DNA from: Ginkgo biloba
Lineage: Eukaryota > Plantae > Ginkgophyta
Reading direction: 5' to 3'
NCBI GenBank assembly: GCA_024626585.2
Contig: JANKJI020000004.1
Span: 52,562,574 to 52,586,765 of the forward strand
Length of the DNA: 24,192 nt
Shown: in pieces, positions 1-11,660 of the stretch
Layout: the number at the start of each line of letters is the position of its first letter
How positions within the stretch are numbered: the first letter of the stretch is position 1
Position numbers and translations under genes: made by a program
The notes under the pieces: generated by a model
What the model saw: the letters and a program-made list of their open reading frames with translations, nothing else
Told to the model about the DNA's origin: nothing
Databases searched by the model: none

Positions 1-2759
1 TCAATCAAGTATAAAATGAAGATCACTACTATGTTTTCTCTCATTTCTTTTTAAAAGTTTGGTATAGGAGTCGATAAAATGGTCAAAAGAGGGCAGGGTT
101 GATCAAATCCATCGTCTATCCCTTTTATACCATTATGTTTCTTCTTTCAACTACTTCCCTAAAACTTAATTCTTTGACTTGATAAATACAACTTATGATC
201 ATAATTTTAGTTCATATATCACAACTAATTTTATAAAAATTCCCTTGTCAGGGAAAATCTTTGTATTCCATGAAATAACTTTTTGTTTTGATTAAACATA
301 TATCCTTGGAAATCTTTTTCTCTTTCACAATTCTAATATTATAATTCTTTTCTTTGTAATTATAAAATTATCACCTACGTGGGTGCAACATCAGACATAA
401 CATCTTTAAATCTATTCGGGTAGGATCAATAGCATCCAGCGATTGCAGTTGATCCTAACTAGTCAATTACATACTCAATAATTGCCTTATAATCTGTCTC
501 AATCAAGCATTAACACTGGCTTCTAACTATCTTAAAACCACCCTTGGACTGTTTATAGTGTATACAACCTTCTGCACTTAAATAAAACTTATCATTACCT
601 TATACCAGTCCATAACAAATTGGTACTAGAACCACCTAACTTGGTTCTTGATCCAGTTAATTTATGCAAGCCAAAACCACCTTTCACTGAATTTTATCTA
701 GTCAACTAACTAGTTATGGAACTGTCTCCTGATAAATCCCCAATCAATTCCTAGTTATTGAAGTAACCCACAAACTCAAGTTTTGTGCAAAGTTCCCAGC
801 TAATACATTAGGAATTCTCAAGATATTTAAGGCCCCAGATTCCCATTCTAGGAACACGCATGCTATAAGTGAGGCCTATTGTGAAATTTTCTTGATAATT
901 TGTGCAATCTAAGGATTCCACCTAGGATCTACCGCCATTATTCAGGCAATCAAGCCTTCGTCCTTATGTTTGGCACTTGTTTGTTGATACAGTTTGTCTG
1001 CCTGGCATGAGGGCATACATCTCTAGGAAATATTATGCTTATGTAGTGACTATCTATTTTGAATTATATATAAATCTCTTCTAAAGATTGTCATTACCTT
1101 GCTCTGTGAAATAAGCAAGGCCAACTTAAAAGGAAAGAAGATTAATCAAGGGTTTACACATATGCAAACTTAACTTTCAATAAACCTCACCATACACAAT
1201 GCACATGACCATTACACAAGCATGTCCAACGGAAATCATAAATGTCTCACATAAAAAGAAATACAATAAAATTGGAAATCATCAATGTATCACGCAAAGT
1301 TCAGCAAAAATTACCCATATTTCCTGCATTTTGAATGACTTGAAGAATAAGCCTATCTTCAGGGGAGAGTCCTCTAAACCTGAATTCACAAAAGATAGAA
1401 TCCCTATCATGTAAGTTTCCATTGAAAAATAATGGATGCCTTAAGATATTTATTACAAATTTTCTAACATGTATAATGAAAAATCTAGATCTGATAGAAA
1501 TTTGACACATGTTATAAAAATTTATCTTTTCTTTTGTTTCTATGTCATAGATACTTGTTTTATCCAAGGAACATCCCACAGAGCTCACTGCCCCACCTTC
1601 AAAATTCTCCTATTTAAGTCACATGTCAATATAATTTGCAAAACCATAAAGATAACTATTACCTAATGAATATATACATGCTTCAAGATGTCCTATATAA
1701 AATAATTGAATTAAGCTCAATGTATGTTTTCCATGAAGTTGTATTGTGCTCAGAAAAATGTCTCTTGAGCACTCCCTATATTGTTTCATGCCCTAGTATA
1801 AAAGCATTGTCATGAATACAACCTTTTTTTTCCCACATTTAAGATTTATTATGGAAAAGAGATCTGCAAGAAGTTTGGTCAAAAGATCAAAGGAAAGGCC
1901 TATGGCAAGCTCTCAAAGTCATAAGGAAAACTTAGACACACAGAATATAATATTGGAGACTTTGATAGAGTCCAACAGCATGATAAAAGGTGAAGGAAAA
2001 GCGTTAAAACACCATAAAAGACTTTAGAGGCCGTAAACAGCTTTCGAGGGGCCATGTGCTAGCCCTAAGAGGGCTAAGTCAGTTTTATATGACAACAGAT
2101 CCTTAGAATCATTTAACTTGAGCCCATTAAGCATGCCATGAAATCTATGCAGTCATATTACATCCTCCCGTTCATAATTCACATGTGCATCGCAGTTAAT
2201 GCCTGTATGTGTAGAAATGTAGAACTAGAATGACCTCCAAGAAGAGCACACTTTTCTCTAGAGGAAATATAGTCTGCCTGGGGGGTGGCAGCAATTGGAT
2301 GACAATGCACATAAATACTCCTCAAAGGCACCCTCAACACATCCAACACTGTAATCAGTTTTTCCAGGAACAAGGAGAGAGAAAAAGTCACCCATGTTGA
2401 AAGAGAAAAGTCTCCTTCAAGGAAATTGCTGCAAGTACATGGCTAGATTCCAATCTCAAAGGTATATACATTGTGTAAATGCAGTGAATTGTAGAAGGGA
2501 ATCCAAACATCACATCTAAGACGGTTTTATGACTGTAAAAGTGCATTTGAAGAAAGTCGCTCTGTTAGTAGGTATCCAGAAATCGACATAAACAGATTAC
2601 TAGAGTAGATTCCGCATACATAGCAAATATACTGCAGAAAGCGAACAATTTGGTACTTGGCATTTGAAAGCTGTGAAAACCCTCCTCTTATGCTCAGAAG
2701 AACTCTTATGAAGATGCCTTTATAGTTGGAGCCATCTTGGACCAAATGAGTATTCTACA
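1..2759 (-). mobile_element. Highly degenerate LINE (L1-like) ORF2 relic: endonuclease, RT and C-terminal region
   Basis: Minus-strand motif remnants in the expected order: YVCGIYSSN (~2600-2625, endonuclease-like); VHCHPI (~2290-2310, SDHxPI-like); LLTKLLA...KGCIHDNAFILGHE (~1785-1890, like K(I/L)LAxR...GRxIxDN); LKYL (~820-832, YLG-like); KGGFGL (~667-684, GGLG-like). Many stops and frameshifts. Confidence 0.5.
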
Positions 2760-3140
2760 NNNNNNNNNNNNNNNNNNNNNNNNNNNNNNNNNNNNNNNNN
2801 NNNNNNNNNNNNNNNNNNNNNNNNNNNNNNNNNNNNNNNNNNNNNNNNNNNNNNNNNNNTATATGTATATATAATTATGGCCTACATATATGACCATGTT
2901 ACTTCATGGGACCTAGAACAAGTACATGAATATGGAATTCAAACATTGCACAAAGATTATCTAGCAAAAATTGAGGACAAATTCAAGAAACCTCACTTTA
3001 TTAGTCTACACATATGAGAACTATAAAAATAGAATTGATATCAAAATATATAAATGCCAATGAGTTATCTCATTGAATACACATGAATGTATCTACTTTA
3101 ATAACATTCCAAAGATAATGTAATTCAAAAAGGTAGGGTG

Positions 3141-3584
3141 TGTTATGACCCTATTCAATATTAATTACTAGTTAATTAATATTATAACCTTTATTAGCAT
3201 TAATTATGAATTAGTAGTTGAAGAATACTAGGCAAAGGGTCACATGACAAAGAGGCATAACAAAGAGGTGCCTCCTTTGATCCTTATAACATATATATAG
3301 CCTAGTCGGCACACATTGTAACATCTCATATTATATATCACTATCACTTTCTACTTTTGTTTCTTCCAAGAAGAACACCTTTCTACTTTGGGAAATAGGT
3401 GTTCCAAATTTAGATGGCGTATTATGGGTAGCTAGTGCCCCACACCCCTTCTTCTATTTTGGGTAATAGGTTCCCTAGTATTATGATTGGGTTATTATAA
3501 TTTTATTTAAGTATTTATTTATTTCTTATCTATAAATGGTAAGTTCTCTTATTTATTTAGTAGTTGCTCATTTGGGACATTACA
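3141..3584. mobile_element. Isolated LTR (solo or orphan 3' LTR), 444 bp
   Basis: Termini TGTTATGACCC...GGGACATTACA form a 9/11 inverted repeat with TG..CA. TATA-like ATATATATAG at ~3291. Preceded by purine-rich AAAAAGGTAGGGTG. No matching TSD. Confidence 0.6.
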
Positions 3585-3599
3585 TGGCCCGCATCAATA

Positions 3600-4117
3600 G
3601 AACAAGAAGATTAGTAGACTAAAGATGGAAGGAGTTGCGTGCAACAGATTTGTCATTATTAAAAATCACATAATTTTTCATATTCCAAATGGACAATAAG
3701 ATTGTAGCTTTGATGATCTTCCATGAATCCCTCAGATCCTCAAGGTAGGAAAAGGCATCCCCAAACATAAGGATTTTCCATGAAAGGCTTCTAGAAAACC
3801 AATCATTAATATGAGAAAGATATTCTAATCTAAGATCCATTGAGAACTTGCATTCCCCAAAAAGATGCAAGCTTGTCTCTTCTTACCCACCAAAAGGGAA
3901 ATTCTTTACTTCAACGAATTTTAAGAAGGGTTTGACTGCAAGCCTTGAATGTGTAAAAGACCAAGGAAAGACTTATATGTTTTTAGCAACCTTAATCTCC
4001 CCTCATATTTATTTTTCTCATGGTATATTTGAGATGGAGGTTTTGGTCAAACCCTATATACCCAAAAATATAGAACATTAGAATTTTTATTAAGATGATG
4101 ATTAGATCCTTCATATT
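3600..4117 (-). mobile_element. LINE ORF2 3' end (zf-RVT zinc-binding domain), pseudogenised
   Basis: VFPWSFTHSRL...FPFGG*EETSLHLFGECKF...ILLSIWNMKNYVIFN matches the FxWxxxHxRL / CxxCxxxxETxxHLFxxC / IWxxRNxxIF signatures of plant L1 ORF2. Confidence 0.8.
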
Positions 4118-4244
4118 NNNNNNNNNNNNNNNNNNNNNNNNNNNNNNNNNNNNNNNNNNNNNNNNNNNNNNNNNNNNNNNNNNNNNNNNNNNNNNNNNNN
4201 NNNNNNNNNNNNNNNNNAGTCACTTGTCTTTGTTTTTTTTTCTT

Positions 4245-4376
4245 TGTGTGTGTGTATATACACACACATGTGTGTGTGTGTATATACACACACATGTGTG
4301 TGTGTGTATCTATATGTATATGTATATACACACACACATATAAACAAAGAAAAGTGGCTCATACACACACACACAG
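4245..4376. repeat. Compound (TG)n(TA)n(CA)n microsatellite
   Basis: Repeated tgtgtgtgtgtatatacacacaca units next to a gap. Confidence 0.9.
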
Positions 4377-5015
4377 AATTAGAGCTAACAACTTTGTGAT
4401 CGAAGTTGGTGTTATATTCTCCACTCAAATTCTCTGTGAGAGAAATTTCATAGGTTCACCAGAAAACTGCCTAACACTAGCAAGAGGGCTTGAACCTTTG
4501 ATTTTGTGACTATTGGTAATAGACGTGCATCTCTCAATTGTGTATTAATTTATCTCCATCCACACAATCACTCGATAAAATGTGGCTGCAAGACTGAGCA
4601 CAACAACTCAGAACTAATAGAGCTAAAGCAAAGTAATGCAACTCTATTCTTGCCTGTTAATCATTATTTAAAGGCATTTCAGTCACCTTTGAGTCGCTCT
4701 TCCTTGACTCAACCGTCTTACAAAAGTATAAAATGCTATAAAAATCAAAAATTAAAAATAATGCTTACTATTTGTAGTGGTTGTGGAGAACCAGTGCAAA
4801 TCCTATCACAAGACTTGCATATCTTATCATGAGAGAACCATACCCTAGGTGTCCCGTCCTCTAAAACGTAACCATAGTCCACACATTGTTATAGTGAAAG
4901 AAATCAAAATTGTTTTAAAGATAAATTTAGGCATGTAGGTAACACTGATTTCTAAGTGACTCGTGTCAAAGATGGGGGTTGATTCATTTACTCAAGCACC
5001 CATATATCCTTGTTA

Positions 5016-5814
5016 TCTATACTATATTACTAAAAAGATTGGCATGTCCAACCACGCTTTCTAATAATTAAATTATTTAAAACAATAATTTGTTAATAAA
5101 GTAGTCAATTTGAGTTGAGTTATGCATATTTTATAGTTTTGCATTTATTTGGTGGATGTATTAAACTATTAGTTTAAAGTAAATAAATATTTATTTTCAT
5201 TAATAACAATAATTAACATTTAATATAATATGTGAGATCAATCAAATCATATGTCCTATTTATTTCCATATAAATGACATGGTATGAATATTTTATAGAT
5301 TTTTGTCTTTATTTTCTAATAAAAATTATATTATTTTAAAGTAAATACCTATTCTCATTATTAACATAATAATGATTAACATTCAATATATTATTTGAAA
5401 TCAATTTCATCATAACTTCTATTCATTAGCATAAATAATAAAAGACTTCTATGATGATCGAGGTCAACCTCATCATACCTTATTTGCATTTGTAAATAGA
5501 TGACATCATTAATGGATGAGATATGTAATATATTTTAATGAGAATCCTATTATATCTCTTTTTTTTATTAGCATGTACTTCACATTAAATTTACTATTAA
5601 TAAAATAAACGAATAATAAACTATGCAATAATAACCAAATCTCAATGAATCTATTAATTTATTTTCTTTAAAAAATCTAATAAGTGAAATCAATGCCTTA
5701 AAAAGTAGGCGTGCGAATATTGCAGAAAAATTTAGAATTTTAAAGCTCTTTTCTAAATGATTTTATATTTTTAAAGTGTATGTTCTCTATAGACCTCCTT
5801 ATGTTTTTTTGGCC
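5016..5814 (+). mobile_element. Possible non-autonomous Helitron (5' end plus AT-rich body)
   Basis: A|TCTATACTATATTACTAAAAAG at 5015/5016 resembles plant Helitron 5' termini. The body is very AT-rich with a ~160-bp-period degenerate duplication. No clear hairpin-CTRR 3' end before the gap. Confidence 0.4.
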
Positions 5815-5914
5815 NNNNNNNNNNNNNNNNNNNNNNNNNNNNNNNNNNNNNNNNNNNNNNNNNNNNNNNNNNNNNNNNNNNNNNNNNNNNNNNNNNNNNN
5901 NNNNNNNNNNNNNN

Positions 5915-7070
5915 TGGGTTGGAAATGGTCAAATTCCCACCATTACGACATAGTTGTTCGTGTTATGTTGAGATTGAATTCAGCTACGAATTCGTTAGGG
6001 TATCTAGCTTTTGTTTATCAGTAGGGATGCTAGGTGAACTTGGTTTGAGAGGGATTGCAGTGATTACTTCTGGAGTTAGGGAAAGTTAATTAACAAAGAG
6101 AGTTTGAGTTGGTGTAGTGTTATTTGCATATTGCTCCCTCCAACAATTTTTTCATACATGTGTTTTTGTAATGGTTTGTTTATTCTGTATCTTGTCAATC
6201 CCTTATCTTGCTTTCTTAGCTCGAAACCTCTCAAGTTCCTCTACCAGTAGCTTTCCCTCTTCCCATTTTTTGTTGGTCTCTTTCGTGATTGCTTCTAATG
6301 CTTCTTTTGTATTAAGGAAATAATATTTTTCCCTTTCAGGAATAGGGAAGTTAGTTTTTTGTATTTGTCATTGTTGCTTTCTTGCAATATTGTGTGCATT
6401 TGTTAATGTCGTATGATCAGGTGACTTGAACATTTGCGTCCATGATCTTGTTACATATGTTGACACCCTTTTTGTTATTTGGGACAATTCTCCTAATTGT
6501 GGTCGCTAGGCCCACTCTCTTTGCAGCAAAAACCTTAATCAACTTGGTCATATGGATGACCTCTCAAGTAATGGCACCAATCAAGATATATGATACAACA
6601 AACATGAAGTTCTTATACTATTTGATTCTGATTCATGTGTCAATACTTAATGTAACAGGTTGAATGAACTCGGTAACCCCCTCATTCTCCTTTGCCTTGT
6701 CTACAAATGTTTTGTTTGATGTGTGGATTTCAATAACAATCACTAGTGTGCCCACCTAGCAAATTCTACACCACATTTTCTCAACTTCTTTTGGTTGACA
6801 TGATCATTTGAGGTGTGTCCCATCTAGTTATCTTTTGTACACCGTACATCTTCTTGTGGCCATTCCCTTTTGCCAGTTTTTAGTTGCACAACTTCAACTT
6901 GCAACATCTCGATTCCATCATTCAATACACCCATGATTTTGTTTGCATGTACCATGTTTCTTATGGGCATTGATAGCAGCTCAAAGAATAATCATTGTAT
7001 TCCCAACCTACATAGCAATTGCAAAGTTGGCATTTCTCATCTTCTTTTCGAAGGCCATTGTAAGGTGTTG
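5915..7070 (-). pseudogene. Ty3/gypsy gag C-terminal fragment with several degenerate zinc knuckles (same type as elements A and B)
   Basis: EDVRCTKDN*MGHTSNDH, WCRIC..GHTSDCY and CCIIYLDWCHY..GFCCKESGPSDHN*ENCP parallel the knuckles at 17990-18400 and 7930-8047. Confidence 0.6.
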
Positions 7071-7624
7071 TGTTAGTAGGATATTGGTGACATGGCAATG
7101 TGGAGAAATTAGCAACACAAGACAAATAATGACACAAATAGAGCTAATAATGATGTAACTATGACGAGTATGAGGAAATTATGATGTGGCAATGTGATGT
7201 AATCAATTAAGAGGATGACCTCAACAACTTGGTGACATGGCAGCATGAAAATGGCCAAAATGATAATATTAGCAATCAAATGACATGGCAACAAGTACAA
7301 CATGACACCAACATTGTAAAAGGCACACTAAATGCAATGCTTGTGACTGCACGATGACATAAGCATTTGAAGAAAGCATAGTGCATAAATGCAGTTAGGA
7401 TAGCAAGTTGACGTTCGCAAAGGATAGAATTAATGACGCATTAATTGCAGCAATGATAGGCGCACTAAATGTAACAAGGGAAGACACATCAAATGAGGAA
7501 GAGCCTACACTAAATGATGCAAACACAAATCGCATTAATTGTCGAAAGAACACACATTTAATGAGGTTATTATAGAAACCCTAAGTTGCATTCATTAGGG
7601 TAGTTAGGGCACATTAAATGAGGC
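7071..7624. mobile_element. Partial LTR-like sequence truncating the gag fragment
   Basis: Begins TGTTAG where gag similarity stops. Contains recurring TGACATGGCA/GATGTGGCA and (C)ACTAAATG motifs. Ends in a gap. Confidence 0.45.
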
Positions 7625-7897
7625 NNNNNNNNNNNNNNNNNNNNNNNNNNNNNNNNNNNNNNNNNNNNNNNNNNNNNNNNNNNNNNNNNNNNNNNNNNNN
7701 NNNNNNNNNNNNNNNNNNNNNNNNAGGTTACGACGAAATAAGAGAAAAATGACTTCATCGATACAAAGAAAAGATCGACGCCGTCAGTGAAGGAAGAACC
7801 CGACTTCTTCGGTGAGGCGTAAACCGACGAGCGGCGAATGGCAGAGAACCGACACGTCAGCGGAGCAGCCAACCTACGTGCGTCAGGAAATGTCAAC

Positions 7898-8247
7898 TAC
7901 CAAGGAGCCAACTGTAATGATCAGTTTCCATCCCTATGTTGCATGCGGTGCCTAGAGTGTGGGCATACATCACGCAATTGCCCCTACATGCATAAGAGCA
8001 AGGGATCAATATGTAAGGAATGTGGCCTAGGCAACCACACCTCTAAATAAGGGAAAGAAGCATTGGAGGCAACAAATTATGAAGCCAAGGCTAAAAGAGA
8101 GGAGGCCCAAAAACTTGTTGAGGAAGTGGCAAAGTTACAAGCTAAAAAAAGGTTGATCAGAGATTGAAAAATTTAGAAATAAATTGAAAATCACAAAGAC
8201 ATATGTCTACAAACAACCCAAGGAATCAACAACTATGACGCCATCTC
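7898..8247 (+). pseudogene. Ty3/gypsy element A, left part: gag zinc-knuckle region
   Basis: CMRCLECGHTSRNC (CX2CX4HX4C) and CKECGLGNHTSK*. Sequence continues after the TSD at 20391. Confidence 0.7.
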
Positions 8248-8887
8248 TATTTATTGATTTTATATCACCATAAGGTCTACCTTATGGTTAGTCTACCGAC
8301 AACCCCAGAGGGACTAGAATAGCAGTTTGTTGCTCTCACCAACAGAGTCGCATCCTAATGTATATTGAGAGGTCAACACCGAAAGGTCATTCACTCGATC
8401 ATTTAGGAGAGAACATACATTATGCAATTATTATAACAACAATAATAGAGTAGGAAGCAAATGAGAGAAAGATATTTATATTAATTCATCATTTTTTTTA
8501 TATAATGGTTGATGANNNNNNNNNNNNNNNNNNNNNNNNNNNNNNNNNNNNNNNNNNNNNNNACAGGCATTTCCAACAGTCACACTTATTTGATAATCTT
8601 AACTAAGTTTTAACGAATCAGTCGATTACATTATGTTATTACAACAGAGATTATTTTTACTACATTCAATTGTTACATGCTAATTGGTCCTACGACCAAT
8701 AGTTGGAATGCTAATGCAAAAAAGAATTGGAACACTGATACGACCAAAAATTGGAACAGGCAAGCAAACTAGAACGTTGATGTGATCAAGAACTGGAACG
8801 TTGATGCAACTAGGAACTAGAATGCTCATGTGACCGAACATTGTACATTTGTTGCAACTTAAGACTTTGCCAAATACCCAACATACA
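8248..8887 (-). repeat. 3' LTR of element B
   Basis: Colinear with 19777-20390. Ends TA(TG mutated)...CA on the + strand. Internal ~21-bp repeats (AACTGGAACGTTGATG) at ~8695-8840. Confidence 0.9.
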
Positions 8888-8889
8888 TC

Positions 8890-10175
8890 TCGTAGTCTAC
8901 AAGTCTTTGAATGTCCTCGTTCAATCAAGGTTTTTAATCTACTTGATAGGCTACCCCCTTTAAAAATCTTGTGTTTCTTTCTTTTCTTCTATGGACTAGG
9001 TTCTTTTGTTGGAATGTCATGCTCTTTTAACAATTGACTCAGCCTTACGTTGGCTCTTTTTGCTACAACTAATTGCTTCTCTAATGCATTCAAATCTGTA
9101 AATAATCCTTGTAGAGTATCATGTGTTTCTTTAGCCTCTTTTTATGTTGTAATAGTTGCACTAATTGCCTCTACGCATTGCAATTTTACAACAAACAATT
9201 CAATCCTTTCTCTATCACATTTCAAAACCCATGCGCCCAATTTTGGTATGATTTGCCCCAATCTTGGTGAAATATCCTTTTCGAAGCTCAGCATAAACCT
9301 TCGGTAGGTATCAAAATCTGGAGTCGTATCTGCCAACCACACATTCAAAACGTCTTCAATAATTTTTATCTTCTTTTTAGCCTCCTGGGCTTTGGCCCTT
9401 GACTTCAATGTTTCTTGGCTCACTTCTCAAGTTGGGTCCTTTATCTTTCCTACGAGATCTCTCATCGATATCTGAATCACATTGGCGGTAAAAGCACATT
9501 TCCATGCTTCATGGTTAAGTAGTTTCACATTCATCCTTTTCCAACCCTTCTTCAAAAACTTTGATTCAGTCTCCCCAATCTAGTTTGATGTGACAATCCA
9601 GAATGGCATCTACGCAGCTTGGATGTGAGATGATTTCTTTTGATGGGCCAGCGGACAATATGGTTACATGTCCCAAGGAAACTTGGCCATTGATGTTACG
9701 AGTTTCTTTGGGCAATGGGTCGTTTGGTACCTCCGAAGGCATGACAAGAATACTCTACACCTCCACTACTGGTGCCTTTCCGTTTTTCTTTCTCACTTAT
9801 GCTTCCTCAATTTCTGGGACTCGATAGTGATTGAGGCCTCTACTACTTCCTTCTCTTTCTCCCTATCTATCTCTGATCGACAATATACATGTACTTATAG
9901 GAGTAGNNNNNNNNNNCATATCCTATCATTAGCTAGTTTAGAACTTTTGTCATTGCCTCTATCAACAGCACAACATTCTCTTCCATGATCCTAGTTTTGG
10001 AGTACCTCTTTGACCACCCTTCCAACCTAGGAAACTCATGACGACTATCAACAATTAGTAAATCAACTTGAGGGCATCGTGCTAAGAGTAATCCTCGAGA
10101 AAAAATGATGACAAATAGGGTGCTCTTTTAATATTCTTTAATAATGCCAACATGCAAAAACAAATGAAAGCACAN
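8890..10175 (-). pseudogene. Extra ORF between integrase and 3' LTR (env-like position), charged with a coiled-coil-like C-terminus
   Basis: Mostly open minus-strand reading: ..KKNGKAPVVEV..WETESKFLKKGWKRMNVKLLNHEAWK..SQETLKSRAKAQEAKKKIKII..LNALEKQLVVAKRANVRLSQLL. Few stops or shifts; contains the 9142-9423 ORF. Confidence 0.55.
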
Positions 10176-10275
10176 NNNNNNNNNNNNNNNNNNNNNNNNN
10201 NNNNNNNNNNNNNNNNNNNNNNNNNNNNNNNNNNNNNNNNNNNNNNNNNNNNNNNNNNNNNNNNNNNNNNNNNNT

Positions 10276-11000
10276 ATGTCATCACCTGAGCTTTTGACAT
10301 ATAAGTTTGGATCAGAAGGACTTTTTCTGAATCCAAATTCCAACAAATGTTGGTCAATTTTGATATACCAAGCTCTAGGAGCCTGCTTCAACCCATAAAG
10401 ATCCTTTGTCAGCCTACAAACCAAACCATCAAAAATATGAAAAATTGTGGTTGATCCATATATATCTCCTCCTCCAAATCATCATTGAGGAGTGCACTCT
10501 TTATGTCCATATAGAACAACTTCTACCCAAACTAAGTTGCCAATGCAGTCACCGTATTTGCAGTAGGAGCTAAGATCTCCTCATAGTCAATACCCTCCCT
10601 CTATGCAAAGCCCTTTTCCACTAGCCTTGCTTTATACTTGTGAAGTGATCCATATTCTTTGTACTTGACCTTGTACACCCTTTTGAAACCAATGGGTTTC
10701 TTATCAGGAGGCAGTTCTTCCAACTTCCAGGTCTTGTTCTTCATGACTGCATCATACTCAACTTTCATAGCCTTCTCCCACTCATACCTTCCTTTGGTTT
10801 CATCATAAGTCTGTGGCTCAAAACAAGTTAAAACATTATACCTTAATGCATAATTCACATGTTCTACTTGTTTTGTTCACTTTCGCTTTGGTTTACCTTC
10901 AACTGCAGGTTAGGGAAGTTCTTTAGGTCTTACTCCTTTCAACAAGGAGTAGAGACACTTTGGCCTATCAATTGTTTTAACAACCATCTTTGGAGCATTG
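10276..11000 (-). mobile_element. Ty1/copia reverse transcriptase (RVT_2) fragment
   Basis: [72 protein letters not shown]. The upstream boundary is uncertain. Confidence 0.93.
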
Positions 11001-11477
11001 CTAGAGCCATCATCTCCATGTGTTTCATGCACATCATTTGTTGTTGTATGCTCCTACTCCTACACCTCAGTATCAAATGTAGATATGTATTTTGTCATGA
11101 TGGCAATTGTCACTATGCCCATAGTTGGTCATCCCTTCTTCAACTCATCTTTCGATCGTTCCCCTTGCTTTGTGTGGTTGTTTTGTTGTTGCGCCCAAGA
11201 GTCGGTTGCTTCTTTGTCATGGCAAAATGGTATGTGAGGGCTTTTTTAATTGTGCATTGGTTGAGCTATAATGACGATTCGATGAGTGTGTCAAGCCATC
11301 CATTATGATGGATAGTGCCCCTACCTTGTTGAATGCTTTTTCATTAATATGTAATCTTTTATCATGGTGTTATGGTGTATTGATTGCATTGTTAAGTGAC
11401 TTTGGATTCTATACCAATGTGACCTTCTATTGATGTCATCATTAGGGTATGGTCAAATCATGACAACTTCTTCTAGT

Positions 11478-11575
11478 AGTTTTGCATATCCTTTGTCCAG
11501 TTGTTTCGCCTATCCTTTGTCCGGGCATTCCTCGTATCCTTGTCCAGTCATTTGGATGTTCCTTCCTTTGGTCGT
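11478..11575. repeat. Short degenerate tandem repeat (~24-bp period) downstream of integrase
   Basis: TATCCTTTGTCCAG / TATCCTTTGTCCGG / TATCCTTGTCCAG. Confidence 0.6.
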
Positions 11576-11660
11576 TTTGTTAAAAGGTCGCTACAACCGA
11601 CGTCTTTTTTAATTTAATCATTTAAACTATGTTATATTATTGTCAACATATTCCATAATT

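Noticed and set aside
4486-4496. B-box-like GGTTCAAGCCC on the minus strand (tRNA or SINE?)
   Set aside because: No convincing A-box, cloverleaf, tail or TSD.
4768-4845. Possible minus-strand exon (AG..WFSHDKICKSCDRICTGSPQPLQI..GTAAGC)
   Set aside because: A single short candidate with no recognisable protein and no neighbouring exons; likely chance.
8695-8840. ~21-bp repeats resembling a CRISPR-like array (also 20225-20345)
   Set aside because: Degenerate head-to-tail LTR subrepeats with no unique spacers, in a eukaryotic context with no cas genes.
8888-8905. Polypurine tract expected next to the 3' LTR of B
   Set aside because: The sequence is not clearly purine-rich on the minus strand; too decayed to call.
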